A DNA stretch of 64,000 nt from Lingula anatina. Lineage: Eukaryota > Animalia > Brachiopoda. The notes beneath the pieces were generated by a model that was not told where the DNA came from, did not search any database, and saw only the letters and a program-made list of their open reading frames with translations. The translations under genes were made by a program, and so were the position numbers. The DNA lies in contig CM120648.1 of assembly GCA_051362555.1 (NCBI GenBank), positions 535,721-599,720 on the forward strand, given 5' to 3'. Positions 1 to 10,921 of the stretch are shown here, one piece after another. Every line of letters begins with the position of its first letter. The first letter of the stretch is position 1.

Positions 1-281
1 AATCAATTTAACGTACAACAATTACAATTTTTACAAATCAAACTCATAGTTATCATTACTTTAACATTCAGCAGCACCTATGTGTCTTCCTTAAAACTGA
101 ATGGAGAAGTTTCAATATGCATAACTAAGTTGTGATAAAGGGAAAAGAAAACTAAATCTAGTAAAAATCCTCCACTTTTTTGGCTTTTATTCATTAACAC
201 AATATTTAATTCTAACCCCCCAGAGGGCCATGTGTAAGATAAGTGTATGCACTTAACATGTTTCACCCTCTTTAAATAAAG

Positions 282-282
<1 letters not shown>

Positions 283-336
<54 letters not shown>
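283..336. repeat. (ATT)n microsatellite
   Basis: Direct reading; lies in a GT8 gene intron. Confidence 0.95.
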
Positions 337-337
<1 letters not shown>

Positions 338-358
338 CTAAAAACCTGGTGCAGGTAC

Positions 359-3300
359 CTGAATGTGACTGAATCTTTTGGACACTGAGTTACAGTCCTC
401 GGAGACGGCCACAGCATGACCTCTGCGGATTCGTGTCTTGTTCAGCTCTCCTATGTCACCTTGAAAGAATTTCAGCAAGATGCTATGACAGTCTTTAAGT
501 CTAGATTACATTTGAAATGCGATGCCCTTATGGTGCCTGTATAGCACCCCTAATACCCTTTTCACCCATTGAAATGATCGAGTTATTACCCTAATTTCCT
601 GATCAGCCTAGAATCTCTGTAGTAACATGTAACACCAGATCACAACACAAACAAGATTCTCTAGACCTCTCTTGTCTCTATCACCCTGAGCTTCAGAGAT
701 AACTTGACACTAACCTCTTCACTATAGCCTATCTTCATCGTGTCAAGTTACCTCTGACCACATTCGATTGCCCCCGCCGCCCGCCAATCAAATTTAAAGC
801 CCGCACTCAATGACTCATTGAACGATCTAGCCAATGAACGCGAACGAGTCAAAGCGCGCTTTGTTCAAATCCGGACCAATCACAGATAAACCTGAATATC
901 AGGGACTTGCCGTAACCTGTGGGCAGCACGCAAAATACATAATCCCTCAGTAGATAATGATGCAGGGCCTCAAACTGCTCTGGTTTCAATTCCGATATAC
1001 TCATACTTTGCAAAGAATCAAGAGAAAACTTAACACATTATTTTACATAGTCACTCGTAGGAGACGCCATGCTTTCTTCGTGTACGGTTATGCACTCGGA
1101 ACTACTCGGATGTCTCCGCACTTGACAATAACTTTGTTGTTTGTATGGAGCTTGCGGAATCAGCCGAGGATTGCCGATTGACGGTCAACCAATCAGCGTT
1201 TTCACCAATTTTTGGTGAAAAATTTTGAAACTTGGATTCGATTGGCTTATATAAACTAGGTCAAACTATTTTCGTCAGAGGTAACTTGACACGATGAAGA
1301 TAGGCTATAGTGAAGAGGTTAGTGTCAAGTTATCTCTGAAGCTCAGGGTGGTCTCTATAAATTTCACACATAATTTTTTTCCAAGTCTTTAATTTATCCA
1401 CATTTGGTTTAAAAATGATCATTTCATAAAAATGGTTGATTGACAGACAATAATAATTATCCAAATTTCAAAGGTTAGAGTGACCTTCAGTCACCACTTA
1501 CCCTGTACTATCACATCACTGTCCACGTAAACAACACGACCCTGGAGATCAGGCAACAAAGTGGGAACAAAAAATCTAGCATACACAATCTGAAATATCA
1601 AAATAATAAATTGTTATGTGCTCATAAAGATGGTAAAACTCAAATCAGGCACCAAAGTTGGGAACAAAGAACTGAGCACACACTGTTCACATTTCTCACT
1701 TGTGGCTTGGAAAACAATGAGGTGAAGACAGTGAGGACATTCAGAAGTTGAACTGCAGACTAACAGTTCTGTGGAACAAGTATGGCCAGACCACAGAAAA
1801 GCAGAGCAGACTTATACGCTGATGGTTTCCCTGCCTCTGCACTTGCCATTAGACAGATTAAATCACAGTTCCAATGTTTAATTGGTAGACTCCAATGTTT
1901 AATTGCTAGACCCCTGCAGGAATGGCAGGTGTGGAGGCGAGGGGACCATCAGCAGATTAGTCAGCTCTGCTTCAGTGTGGGTCTGCCATATTTGATCCGC
2001 AAATCTGTTATTCCGCAGATCAACCAGTTCTGACTGCACTCAGAGGGAAAGTGACAGAGAGACAGAGAGAGTTGGAGAACTTACAGGTCTACTCAGCTCC
2101 TCTCTTCCTCCTCGTAACTTTATCATGCCTTTGACTAAGCGTTTATTGAAGACCAACAGCTCATAGTCTATCTTGCTCAAGGAAGTGGCTTGAATCCATG
2201 TCCTGTAATTTAAAAAAGGACCAAAAAGTCTTTTTAACCAATAATCATCAACATCTTATGCAACATCTTATGCAATAAAAAAACATCTTATGTCATAATT
2301 ATATGAGTTTTAATTCAATTCCTACAATTATGTCATCAACATGACACATCAGTGAACAAGACTATATGGAGTAATGGTTGAAAGCTCTTTCATAAAGCTT
2401 TTAAGGCTGAAGCTCTAGTTTTGATTCTGTGCAAGATGCGTAACAAAAATTATTGAGAGTCCAGTTTGAAGAAAAATTTCCATTCTTTATTTCAGTCCTA
2501 CCTCAAATGTTTGGCACAGTCTGTAGTTGTGACCAGATGAAACTTTACAGGACACTTGGCATTAAGGTGAATACTGTTCACGGCTGCTATCATCCCTCCC
2601 AACATGGCACTATCAGCTGTGAACAGCACATGGGTGGGCTGTCCTGTGCAGTTGCCTAGCAACAGCTTACTGCCCCCTGGTGAATGTTTTGTAGACATTT
2701 CATCTATGATTTGAGGGAAAGCTGAAATATAAAAGTTTCCCCTATAAGGTAATGACACAATCTTTTTAATGGATAAAAATTATCCATCTTTCAGATACAT
2801 TTCTTCTGATTCATAAAAATTATGTACCAAATAGCATTACTGGTGATTTTATAGCATAAAATAGAATTATATGGAAGCCTGCTTTAAAATTCTGTTGCTT
2901 CCACTCAATAAGAATATTCTAATTTTCAAAAATATGACTTAAAGATACAGTATCAGCAAAACACAGTTTTCTACCATTGAAGATTTTGAGACACTACCAT
3001 ATGGGTGTGTGGTATAGGCCTGGGTGTGTGGTGTAGGTCTGGGTGTATGGGTGTGTGGTAAAAGTCTGGGCGTGTGGTGTAGGTCTGGGCATGTGGTATA
3101 AGTTGGGTGTGGTGTAGATCTGGGCATGTGGTGTAGGTCTGGGCATGTGGTATAAGTTGGGTGTGGTGTAGGTCTGGGTGTGTGGTGTAGGTCTGGGTAT
3201 GTGGTATAGGTCTGGGTATGTGGTGTAGGTCTGGGTATGTGGTATAGGTCTGGGTATGTGGTGTAGGTTTAAGTTTGTGTGGATGTTAAAGAACTGTTAC

Positions 3301-3774
3301 AACTAGTGGGTATGCGGTGTGAAATGGCTCACATCTCTTAAGAGATCTCGTCTTCTTGGCCCCAGGATTCCACACATAGAGAATGACAATGGCAGTGGCA
3401 ACCACCAAACACAGGGCCACTGAAAGACAATGTGTAAAATGCACACACTCGAACATTAAGATACAACATATATGAAATAAAACACAGGTATTTTAATATA
3501 CTGTAATAATATGACGGAATCATGAATATCTATAAATGTATCAATGTTACTATAATCGATCCAATTAGCCGCAATTAGCGGACCACCTTCGAAAAACACT
3601 TCTGGAGTGTTCTCTTTAAAGGTCTGAACCAGTCTTAACTGGTCTACTTTACTCGGTGATTCATCTAATGATTGATCTGGCAGTATCGCTTTTATAAATA
3701 AAATTACTGTTTTAGTATGTAAACGAACCTTTTCTTGGAGTTATTCTAGGAAATAACATCTTGCAAGCCACCAT
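359..3774 (-). CDS. GLT8D1: Glycosyltransferase family 8 protein, GLT8D1/GLT8D2-like (5' six exons; 3' end lies beyond the left edge of the window)
   Basis: Exons 3774-3729 (MVACKMLFPRITPRK), 3419-3333 (TM anchor VALCLVVATAIVILYVW), 2721-2502 (HVLFTADSAMLGGMIAAVNSIHLNAKCPVKFHLVT), 2202-2085 (TWIQATSLSKIDYELLVFN), 1589-1502 (IVYARFFVPTLLPDLQGRVVYVDSDVIVQG, containing the DxD motif) and 459-359 (DIGELNKTRIRRGHAVAVSEDC). All are GT-AG bounded and frame-consistent. Motifs match GLT8D1 as I recall it (FARFYLP...YMDDDVIVQGD...GHAAAFSEDC). Confidence 0.9.
682..1350. mobile_element. Non-autonomous DNA transposon (MITE), 669 bp, with perfect 77-bp TIRs and an 8-bp TSD
   Basis: 682-758 is the exact reverse complement of 1274-1350 (CACCCTGAGCTTCAGAG...). 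GTCTCTAT flanks both ends (674-681, 1351-1358). An 8-bp TSD with CA termini fits the hAT or P superfamily. Confidence 0.92.
3003..3268. repeat. Minisatellite, ~20-bp unit (GGTGTAGGTCTGGGTATGT-like)
   Basis: About 13 imperfect tandem copies in a GT8 gene intron. Confidence 0.9.
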
Positions 3775-4032
3775 TTGTTTTCTGATAAACAGACGCCGGG
3801 GCTTTAACGGCGAATATCACGAACACTCGATCGTCATGAAGGCAAATATTCGTGGCACCTGACCAAATTGTAAGTCGCCATCTTTAGCAATACCCGTATG
3901 TGTCTCATTGAAAACGAGGCAGAGGGGAATTCCTTACTAAAAATAGAACAACGCTCGAAATCTTGGTGAAAGGGATTTGACGGGCTTGGGCGAAATAGAG
4001 GTAACCCTCACCTATCCAGCTTCTGGGAATAA

Positions 4033-4067
<35 letters not shown>

Positions 4068-4699
4068 GGTTAATTTAACAGTTGTGATAGAATATTATGG
4101 CTGGATTTGCAATTGTTGAGATAAACTAATTTGTCTAGATTTGTAGGGCTAATCTAAAATTTTCGTTTCTGTTATCATGTAGATCTAGAATTTTAGTTGG
4201 ATTTTATAACGGAAAACATTCAAATTTTCGAAAGACAACTTACAGATTAATTATCATGAAAGTTCCACTTTCGATATATGTAATCTTTAATATATACAAA
4301 TGCGTTTAAATGAAATTCAAACCTCACAGCCGCAGCAGACGCGCTGTACGTACTCAGACGTACTCAGTTGTCCCCCAAGGAGTGAGTAAGAAGGAAAAAA
4401 AATCATTTTTCAGAATGAATTTTGGAACTATTCAAAAAGCAGCAGCAACGGATATACCTTATCTTATATTTATTATGACCATCCAACATTAAATAAGCTT
4501 TGCTGGTCTGTCTAGTTCAATAAACGTCAATCAAAATGAATCAGGAAATACGACATAAATCCCACACGAGGCACGTGCAAATCCATAACGGAAAAAAAGT
4601 GTAACATTGTTCAGACAGCGTTCAGTGCAACTTATCAGAGTATTAAGGCAGCTAACAAAATTTTAACAACACTGCTAACGTCCATGTGAATATCTGCAT

Positions 4700-5908
4700 C
4701 TAAACATGTTTGCGCAGGAAATACATGACCTTCTCCACCGCGTCATGGGTGTTATTTGCAAGATAAACGGTATCTAGCAACGATGGTGATTGCCAGGTTC
4801 GGAAAAAGAATTCCTGTTTGTTCGTTTTGCTGTTCATTAACACTGACGGTTTGTTCAACAGGATACTCAGTATGTGCCCATGTAGGCGGTCCGTAAACAC
4901 GACTCTTCCACGTGACAGCAAGGCCAGCCCCATTACTGCTTGGTCCAATGAATCCTCAAGAAAATATTGTATAGAATAGGTCGAGGTATGATTGACAGCG
5001 CTGGTAACACGCTCTGGCCAATCAACGACCAGAACTGATGTGTTGCTAGGGAACACGGGAACATTTTTCAATTTACTAGGAATTTCCCAATCTCTTCTTT
5101 TCAAACAGACAATGTCGTACGATGGAATGTAGCTGCCGAAATCCTGGAATCCGACAGCGAACGCGGCGTCTGGTACAAGTTCAATGGCAGTGTTCCGAAA
5201 ATATTGTTTCGTCACGGAAAAAGACGGACTATCCCGAAGTGTGATCACGGAGTCCGCGTGTCCGTCAAAGAGTCTTGCCCACTCCCCAATACTGCCACAC
5301 CTACTGTGGTCAACTACACATGAACTCACAGGAAACATGAGAATCCGATTACTGGGAAAGGCTCGGAATGCTTCTTTCAGATATTTCAAATCTATCCCAG
5401 AACCAAGGTATCCTCCCCCAGCTATCAGAATGACCAGATCTTTGCCTCGTTTTACCTTGCTGAAGGCGCAGCGCGGCATAGAAGGGTTAATACACATGTA
5501 GTCAATGGTAGTTATGTTAAACCAGGATAAGATCGTCCTCTCTCCCCAGAGGATAAAACGGTCTCCGGTGTTACTTGTGTCGAACACATTCACCAAAATT
5601 GCGCGCTTGAATCCGGTGAGGTATTTCTTGAAGACTTGGTACTGGCGTCTCTGCATGTCACTTATGAAGATTTTATTAGGCCGTGCGCGGTCCGCGGTGG
5701 ATATATCCTCCTGGGTAATGCTCACTTTCATGTCGCGTCTTGATTCATATTCCAGCAGTGTATCGTGATCAAGTGACGAGGAAAACAAAGAATAAGGATA
5801 CTCTTCTCCAAATGTTCTAACCGCTCCACGCCGAAGGCTTAGAGCCAGGAAAACCATAATGGCCACGGTGCTTACTGCTATTGCCAGTTTTCGTGACCGC
5901 AAACGCAT
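4700..5908 (-). CDS. Polysaccharide pyruvyltransferase (PS_pyruv_trans; EpsO/Pvg1-like), type II membrane protein with no coding introns
   Basis: The 421-aa ORF probably starts at Met20 (5908, giving 402 aa: MRLRSRKLAIAVSTVAIMVFLALSL signal-anchor). Family motifs appear in order: NTGD...W.GE, GGGYLG, TLRDSPSF, LVPDAAF, KRRDWE, GLALLSRGRVVFTDRLHGHILSILLNKP, K..FFRTW. Confidence 0.88.
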   Translation of the reverse strand: MRLRSRKLAIAVSTVAIMVFLALSLRRGAVRTFGEEYPYSLFSSSLDHDTLLEYESRRDMKVSITQEDISTADRARPNKIFISDMQRRQYQVFKKYLTGFKRAILVNVFDTSNTGDRFILWGERTILSWFNITTIDYMCINPSMPRCAFSKVKRGKDLVILIAGGGYLGSGIDLKYLKEAFRAFPSNRILMFPVSSCVVDHSRCGSIGEWARLFDGHADSVITLRDSPSFSVTKQYFRNTAIELVPDAAFAVGFQDFGSYIPSYDIVCLKRRDWEIPSKLKNVPVFPSNTSVLVVDWPERVTSAVNHTSTYSIQYFLEDSLDQAVMGLALLSRGRVVFTDRLHGHILSILLNKPSVLMNSKTNKQEFFFRTWQSPSLLDTVYLANNTHDAVEKVMYFLRKHV

Positions 5909-7060
5909 GGCGTGGTGATCCGTCGAAGAGGGATTATGACAATGAAAAAAAAAAAAGATCCTCATGTGCCTTTTTCAATCCTTAGATTTTATCACCATAA
6001 ATCTGCCTGTGAAATTAGTGCTGTAAACTTTAACACTCAGACACAACAAAAATTCACTAACAGGTTTGGAGGACATTGCATAGACAAATAACCGTGCAAA
6101 CACAATAGATTGTATACCCGGAGGGCGTCTTTTCAACATAGGTTTTGAGCATGTTCAAATACAGTACAAATCCATCCGCTGTTCATGTCTTCATTTAAAT
6201 ACGATGGAAACGGGGGGATTTTATACGCTAAATCTGTGCGTATAATCGATGTCAAATACGATATTAATACGTACCTCTTTATGCTAGGTGTGACAGAGCC
6301 TTTATTCGCGTCCCTTAAAGAGAGTGGGCGTGCGTCATATCAATAGTACAAACTTCACAGCCTAAAACAACGAAGTAACCTTCAGAGGCAACCTAGACGA
6401 AGTATCAAAACACCCGAAACCACGTAAAACTAAATACTGGCCGCTGTATACTATATGTGGAAGCCATATGAATTGGAGAAAGTGTGGAAGAATCTGCATT
6501 GCAAGAGAGAGGCGGCTTTGAGTTGAATGAGTGTGCGTGTGCGCACGTGCGTGTGTGTGTGTGGAGGAGGAATTTAATCACCCATTGGGTGGTACAGTGA
6601 ATACTTTCGAGCACTACAGGAGGTAGGAGCCTGAATCAAAAAGAAGCTTATAAGAAAAAAAGCCTTCCCATGGGTTAGAAGGTATAATATTGTTACGCAA
6701 AGACGAAGAGTTGTTTTTTCTACTAGCGAATTACTATAGAACGGCAAATTTAGTGTCTTCAATATTTATTATTTAAAACTTTTAAAAACCAAATTCTATT
6801 AACAGAAAATACGCTCGCAATTATGGAAATCGTTTGAAACTATACCAAGGGACACCTATTAGACTAATATACCCTGTACATAAAAGGCCTGACAAAGAAA
6901 CTTCAATATTTCAACTCTCTTCTGAGTTGTAAACTGTGCTGTGGCTAAGTACATAGGTTTGTACAGAGAGGAGCATTAATGCAGTAGATTAGCAGCATGA
7001 TAGAAGCATGATTCAAATATGCTAATTAGCTCCCAAATCGAAGCAGATTTGAAGCATGTT

Positions 7061-7119
7061 TGCAGTATGATTGCAGTAGTCTACTGCGGTTTGCAGTATG
7101 ATTGCAGTAGTCTACTGCG
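7061..7119. repeat. 31-bp-period tandem duplication containing a small hairpin (GCAGTAG-T-CTACTGC)
   Basis: TGCAGTATGATTGCAGTAGTCTACTGCG at 7061 and 7092. Confidence 0.8.
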
Positions 7120-8161
7120 CTGGAGTATCTACTGCGTTTTCGTGCGGTCTCTCTCTCGTTTCATTCGTCCTCAGTTACACAGAGATCGACTAAAACTGTT
7201 GAGAAAACGACCGGTTATAAAATGTATTAACTTAAACAGATGCAGGCACGTTATAGTCTTCACTAGGGACTGGACGTCACACTAATTTACATCTGGATAC
7301 TTGGCTTCGCTTACCAAAAAGGTCAGTTGATAAAAATTAATAAAATCTCCGCCATTAGACACAGCTATTGGCTGAAGTCAAGTCAATGCAAAGATGTGTT
7401 GTTGCCTTTGCAGGTGATATTGTTAGTTACAAGCCTAAGCTTTGTCGCCAAACGTGCTACCTTTCGCCGTCCAGTTAATTGTACACCTGGCTTCACCTCC
7501 AACAAACGCCAGGTGATAACAAACGATTAAAGACTCACGCCTAAATCACTGTCATTAGTGATCTAGCTGATATGACGGGGTATTGTTAAAGCCCGCAGTC
7601 TGCTTAATCAAAGACGTTTATTGAACACTTATACGTCCGTGGTTTAATTTCTAAAAGGCGATAAGCCCTGATTCTCGCCTGCTCTCGACCAGATAAGGCC
7701 AATGGAGCGTAATGTTAGATGAAAAGGTGTGAAATGAGTCATTGTGTAGGTTAAAGTAAACAGTCTAGACTTTGATTAACTACGGGGCGTCACGGGTTCT
7801 CTGGGGGTGGTGTGAACGTCGGGTTGGGGAGAGGAATGGGGGGGGGGACGACAGACTGATGAGTCCGGTGTCACATTTACTGGATTGAGTGATAACCAGA
7901 CGTGTGTATGGAACTACGTGGAGTTTTCACACCACTTGAATACTGCCTCCAGCCGCTATCGCCAGTGGCCCAGTCATAACCTGAGAGCTCAGGATTGTAG
8001 ATCTATTTACACGTCCTTAAAGGCGTTAATAAAACACAAGAGCATTGCCAACAATTTTTACAGTTTGTGTTGTCGTGCCTTCTGATATCAGGGGCTTCTT
8101 ATGTAGTATACATAAAGTATGAGCGATGAAATAATTTGGTAACAGACTACCACCGCATATT

Positions 8162-8945
8162 GGGGGTCCGCCATATAGATAAACGTCCCAATAAAATATT
8201 CGCCCCGATAGATACGTCTCTATACATACACGTCTCAATAGATTTACGTCTCGTTAAATTTACGTTCCGATAGATCCACCAACAGATTCCTATAAACCCA
8301 CGTATCTTTAGATCCAGGTACCGCTAGATCCATCTATGAAACATCGTAATCGGCTAAAAGGCCCATATCAACTTGCGTTGTGAAATTTAGAACACATTTT
8401 TATGTTCTTTTTTGTTTTGTTTTGTTTAGAACACATTTACATGTAAATTCAGAACACTTTTTACGTGTTCGAATGTTGCATTTTGAGAACGCTTTAAACA
8501 GCGTTCTGACGCTAGAACAGTAATTAAGCGTTGTGAAATATAGAACACACTTTTGTTCTTTTTATGTTCTTTCACTGAGTATTGTGTGAAAACGATCTAG
8601 TAGAATAATATATTGCTGACTGCGTACTGCCGTTTTAAAGAAGTGCATTTTATGTACTGAGTAGTATACCAACCATATTGAGCAATAGTGTACGTACCTG
8701 TAATGGATCTATCGGTATTTGGATCTAAAAATACGTGGATCTATAGGTATGCGGATTTAAAGGACGTGGGTTTATGAGGACGTCATATCTAAAGGAACGC
8801 AAATATATAGGACAGCAGAAAAAAATCGGATCTATCGGTATTTAAATCTAAAAAGACGTTTTTTCCGTTTTTCCTTTATGTATCTATCGGTAACGGGAGT
8901 ATAGGGACGTGTAATATTTTGGGACTAAATTTTATCCGTACGTAC
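8162..8945. mobile_element. Degenerate non-autonomous element with long imperfect inverted arms and a 9-bp TSD (Mutator/foldback-like)
   Basis: CCGCATATT at 8153-8161 and 8946-8954. ~8300-8333 is an imperfect reverse complement of ~8703-8736. The centre has GCGTTGTGAAAT.TAGAACAC direct repeats (8375, 8528). Confidence 0.6.
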
Positions 8946-9230
8946 CCGCATATTGTCGTTGTATTCTATTGTGGTGTTCAACATATGCTGACTTTTCACA
9001 TGCTGTGATGTTAAGAATAATGCCTCTCGGCCTGTACTGGACTTAGGTTTAATGTGCCGTGATTTAAAATTCATATTTTTTTTTATGAATGCACTTCCCC
9101 TTAAACTTCACCTGTTAAAAATGGGGGCGTTCTTCTTGTAGTTTGGTACACTCAGGCTTGAACGGCCTTATTCTCACAAAAAGATAGGTTTTATTATTTT
9201 ATGATAAAGTATCAATATCATGCCAAATAT

Positions 9231-9389
9231 CAGTGGCGGATTTGGGGGAGTGTCAGGGGGATCCTGACCCCCACTTCGATTTCTGATAAAAAACGCATCG
9301 AAAAATCTGAAGGGAGTGAGGGTCGGCATCGCAATTCGAGGCCTATCAATCCCTAAAAAACCGGACACCCCCTTCTGTATCCGCCCCTG
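9231..9389. mobile_element. Short MITE with CAG(T/G)GGCGGAT termini
   Basis: CAGTGGCGGAT ... ATCCGCCCCTG terminal inverted repeats and G/C-run subterminal inverted motifs; no clean TSD. Confidence 0.65.
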
Positions 9390-10596
9390 AATATTACAAC
9401 AGATGTCGTAGTATTGCCTTGGAAGCCGTACTCCAACCTGTCCTGAAAATGCCGCATACTGTTGTTTGTATACACGTGATTCACTGTTTGTTTGTTTGTT
9501 AGTAGTCGTCTATTATCTCGGCGATTGCAGGTTGCTGTCTGTTTACTGTTTACTGGTGTTAACACGTGGAATAGTGCGCCGAAAATCACGCCAGGGCATC
9601 GTAGGTTTCATCCTGACTCTGTTTTAAATATTTATTATCCTTCTGACACATATTGAGCGAGGGATAATTCCGTCTTCAGTTTTACCTTGGTTGATGGTCT
9701 TCTATTGTTTCCTGTATATGTGTAAAACGGCATTTCACGAGGAAGGTATTTGTAAAAACAGAGTAAAATGTTACATTCTTACAATAATTCTTAAATATCT
9801 TCAACTCAACTCTTTCAGTACAGAAAATTGGTTAGCCGAATTGGTTAATGAAATAAATAATAATCGCCCGTTTCAATAAAAATCAAATATAATCAAATAC
9901 TCCAGCACCCCTCCCCCCCTCCCCCTAAACCCATCATCATTGTTTCTGAGTCATACCGGGTAGTAATTAGCAAACAAAGCTTTTCCGCTTGTCTCAGTGT
10001 AAACTGAGACTGGCCTCAGAAGCCGACTATTGTTGTTGCTGGCTATAATCTTCAGGTCACCCGGGGACAGAGATAGCATCCTCTCTGCCACCTGTGACCG
10101 AGGAAAGAAACCAAACCTGTTTATTTAAATATGTCACACTCAGTTGCTGTTGGACAATGACGGCTTAATTGGTGTTTGCGTCATAACGTTCAGAGGATAG
10201 ACTACACAGCGGATGTTTTAATCCAAACAGAGCGTCTTCAGGGTCGGTTAAGGACACGCACACGCAGGACTTTCACCAACGAAACAACCAGTTAAAAGTC
10301 AACCTCGTGTCGTATAGTACAGACATCGACTAAGATATTCGAGTGCATGCGAACTTTTAAGTAATTGTTTATTGTCTGTACTGTGGGTCTGAAAGTCAAA
10401 GTTTACGCTTTCGCCTTCTATTTAACTGCAAGGATTCTGTAGTACCACTATACCGGAGTCTAAAGCCCCGAACGCGCACGAAAAGAGACTGCTTAAGTGA
10501 CAGTTGAGGACATCGGTGTGGATGAAGTATTTCAAACGCCTTGCCACGAAAAATTGAGAAGTATAAAAGTGTTCTGCAACCAGCTAATTTTCCAAT

Positions 10597-10868
10597 ATGG
10601 AGGGAGGTTCCCACAGTATTCAAGTAACAGAAAGAGAAAGACGAGAACCACGACAAAATCTTCGAGATCTAGAGACGGCCACCTTCAACTCCAAACTGGT
10701 GATAGCGTATGGATTAGTTACCCAGGTATTTTTTACCATGTTTTTTTATATTTAATGAAAGTTGATACGATGGATTTTAATGTTAAGAACCTGATGTATA
10801 GTTGCATAATCTTCGAGATTCTCTCTCTCCAATCAATCCCTGCGCTCCTGCTGTCTCTCTCTCTCTCT

Positions 10869-10921
<53 letters not shown>

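Noticed and set aside
2939-3127. 62-aa Pro/His/Thr-rich ORF
   Set aside because: Translation of the intronic minisatellite.
5184-5768. Plus-strand ORFs of 105 and 87 aa
   Set aside because: Antisense shadows of the pyruvyltransferase ORF with no recognisable motifs.
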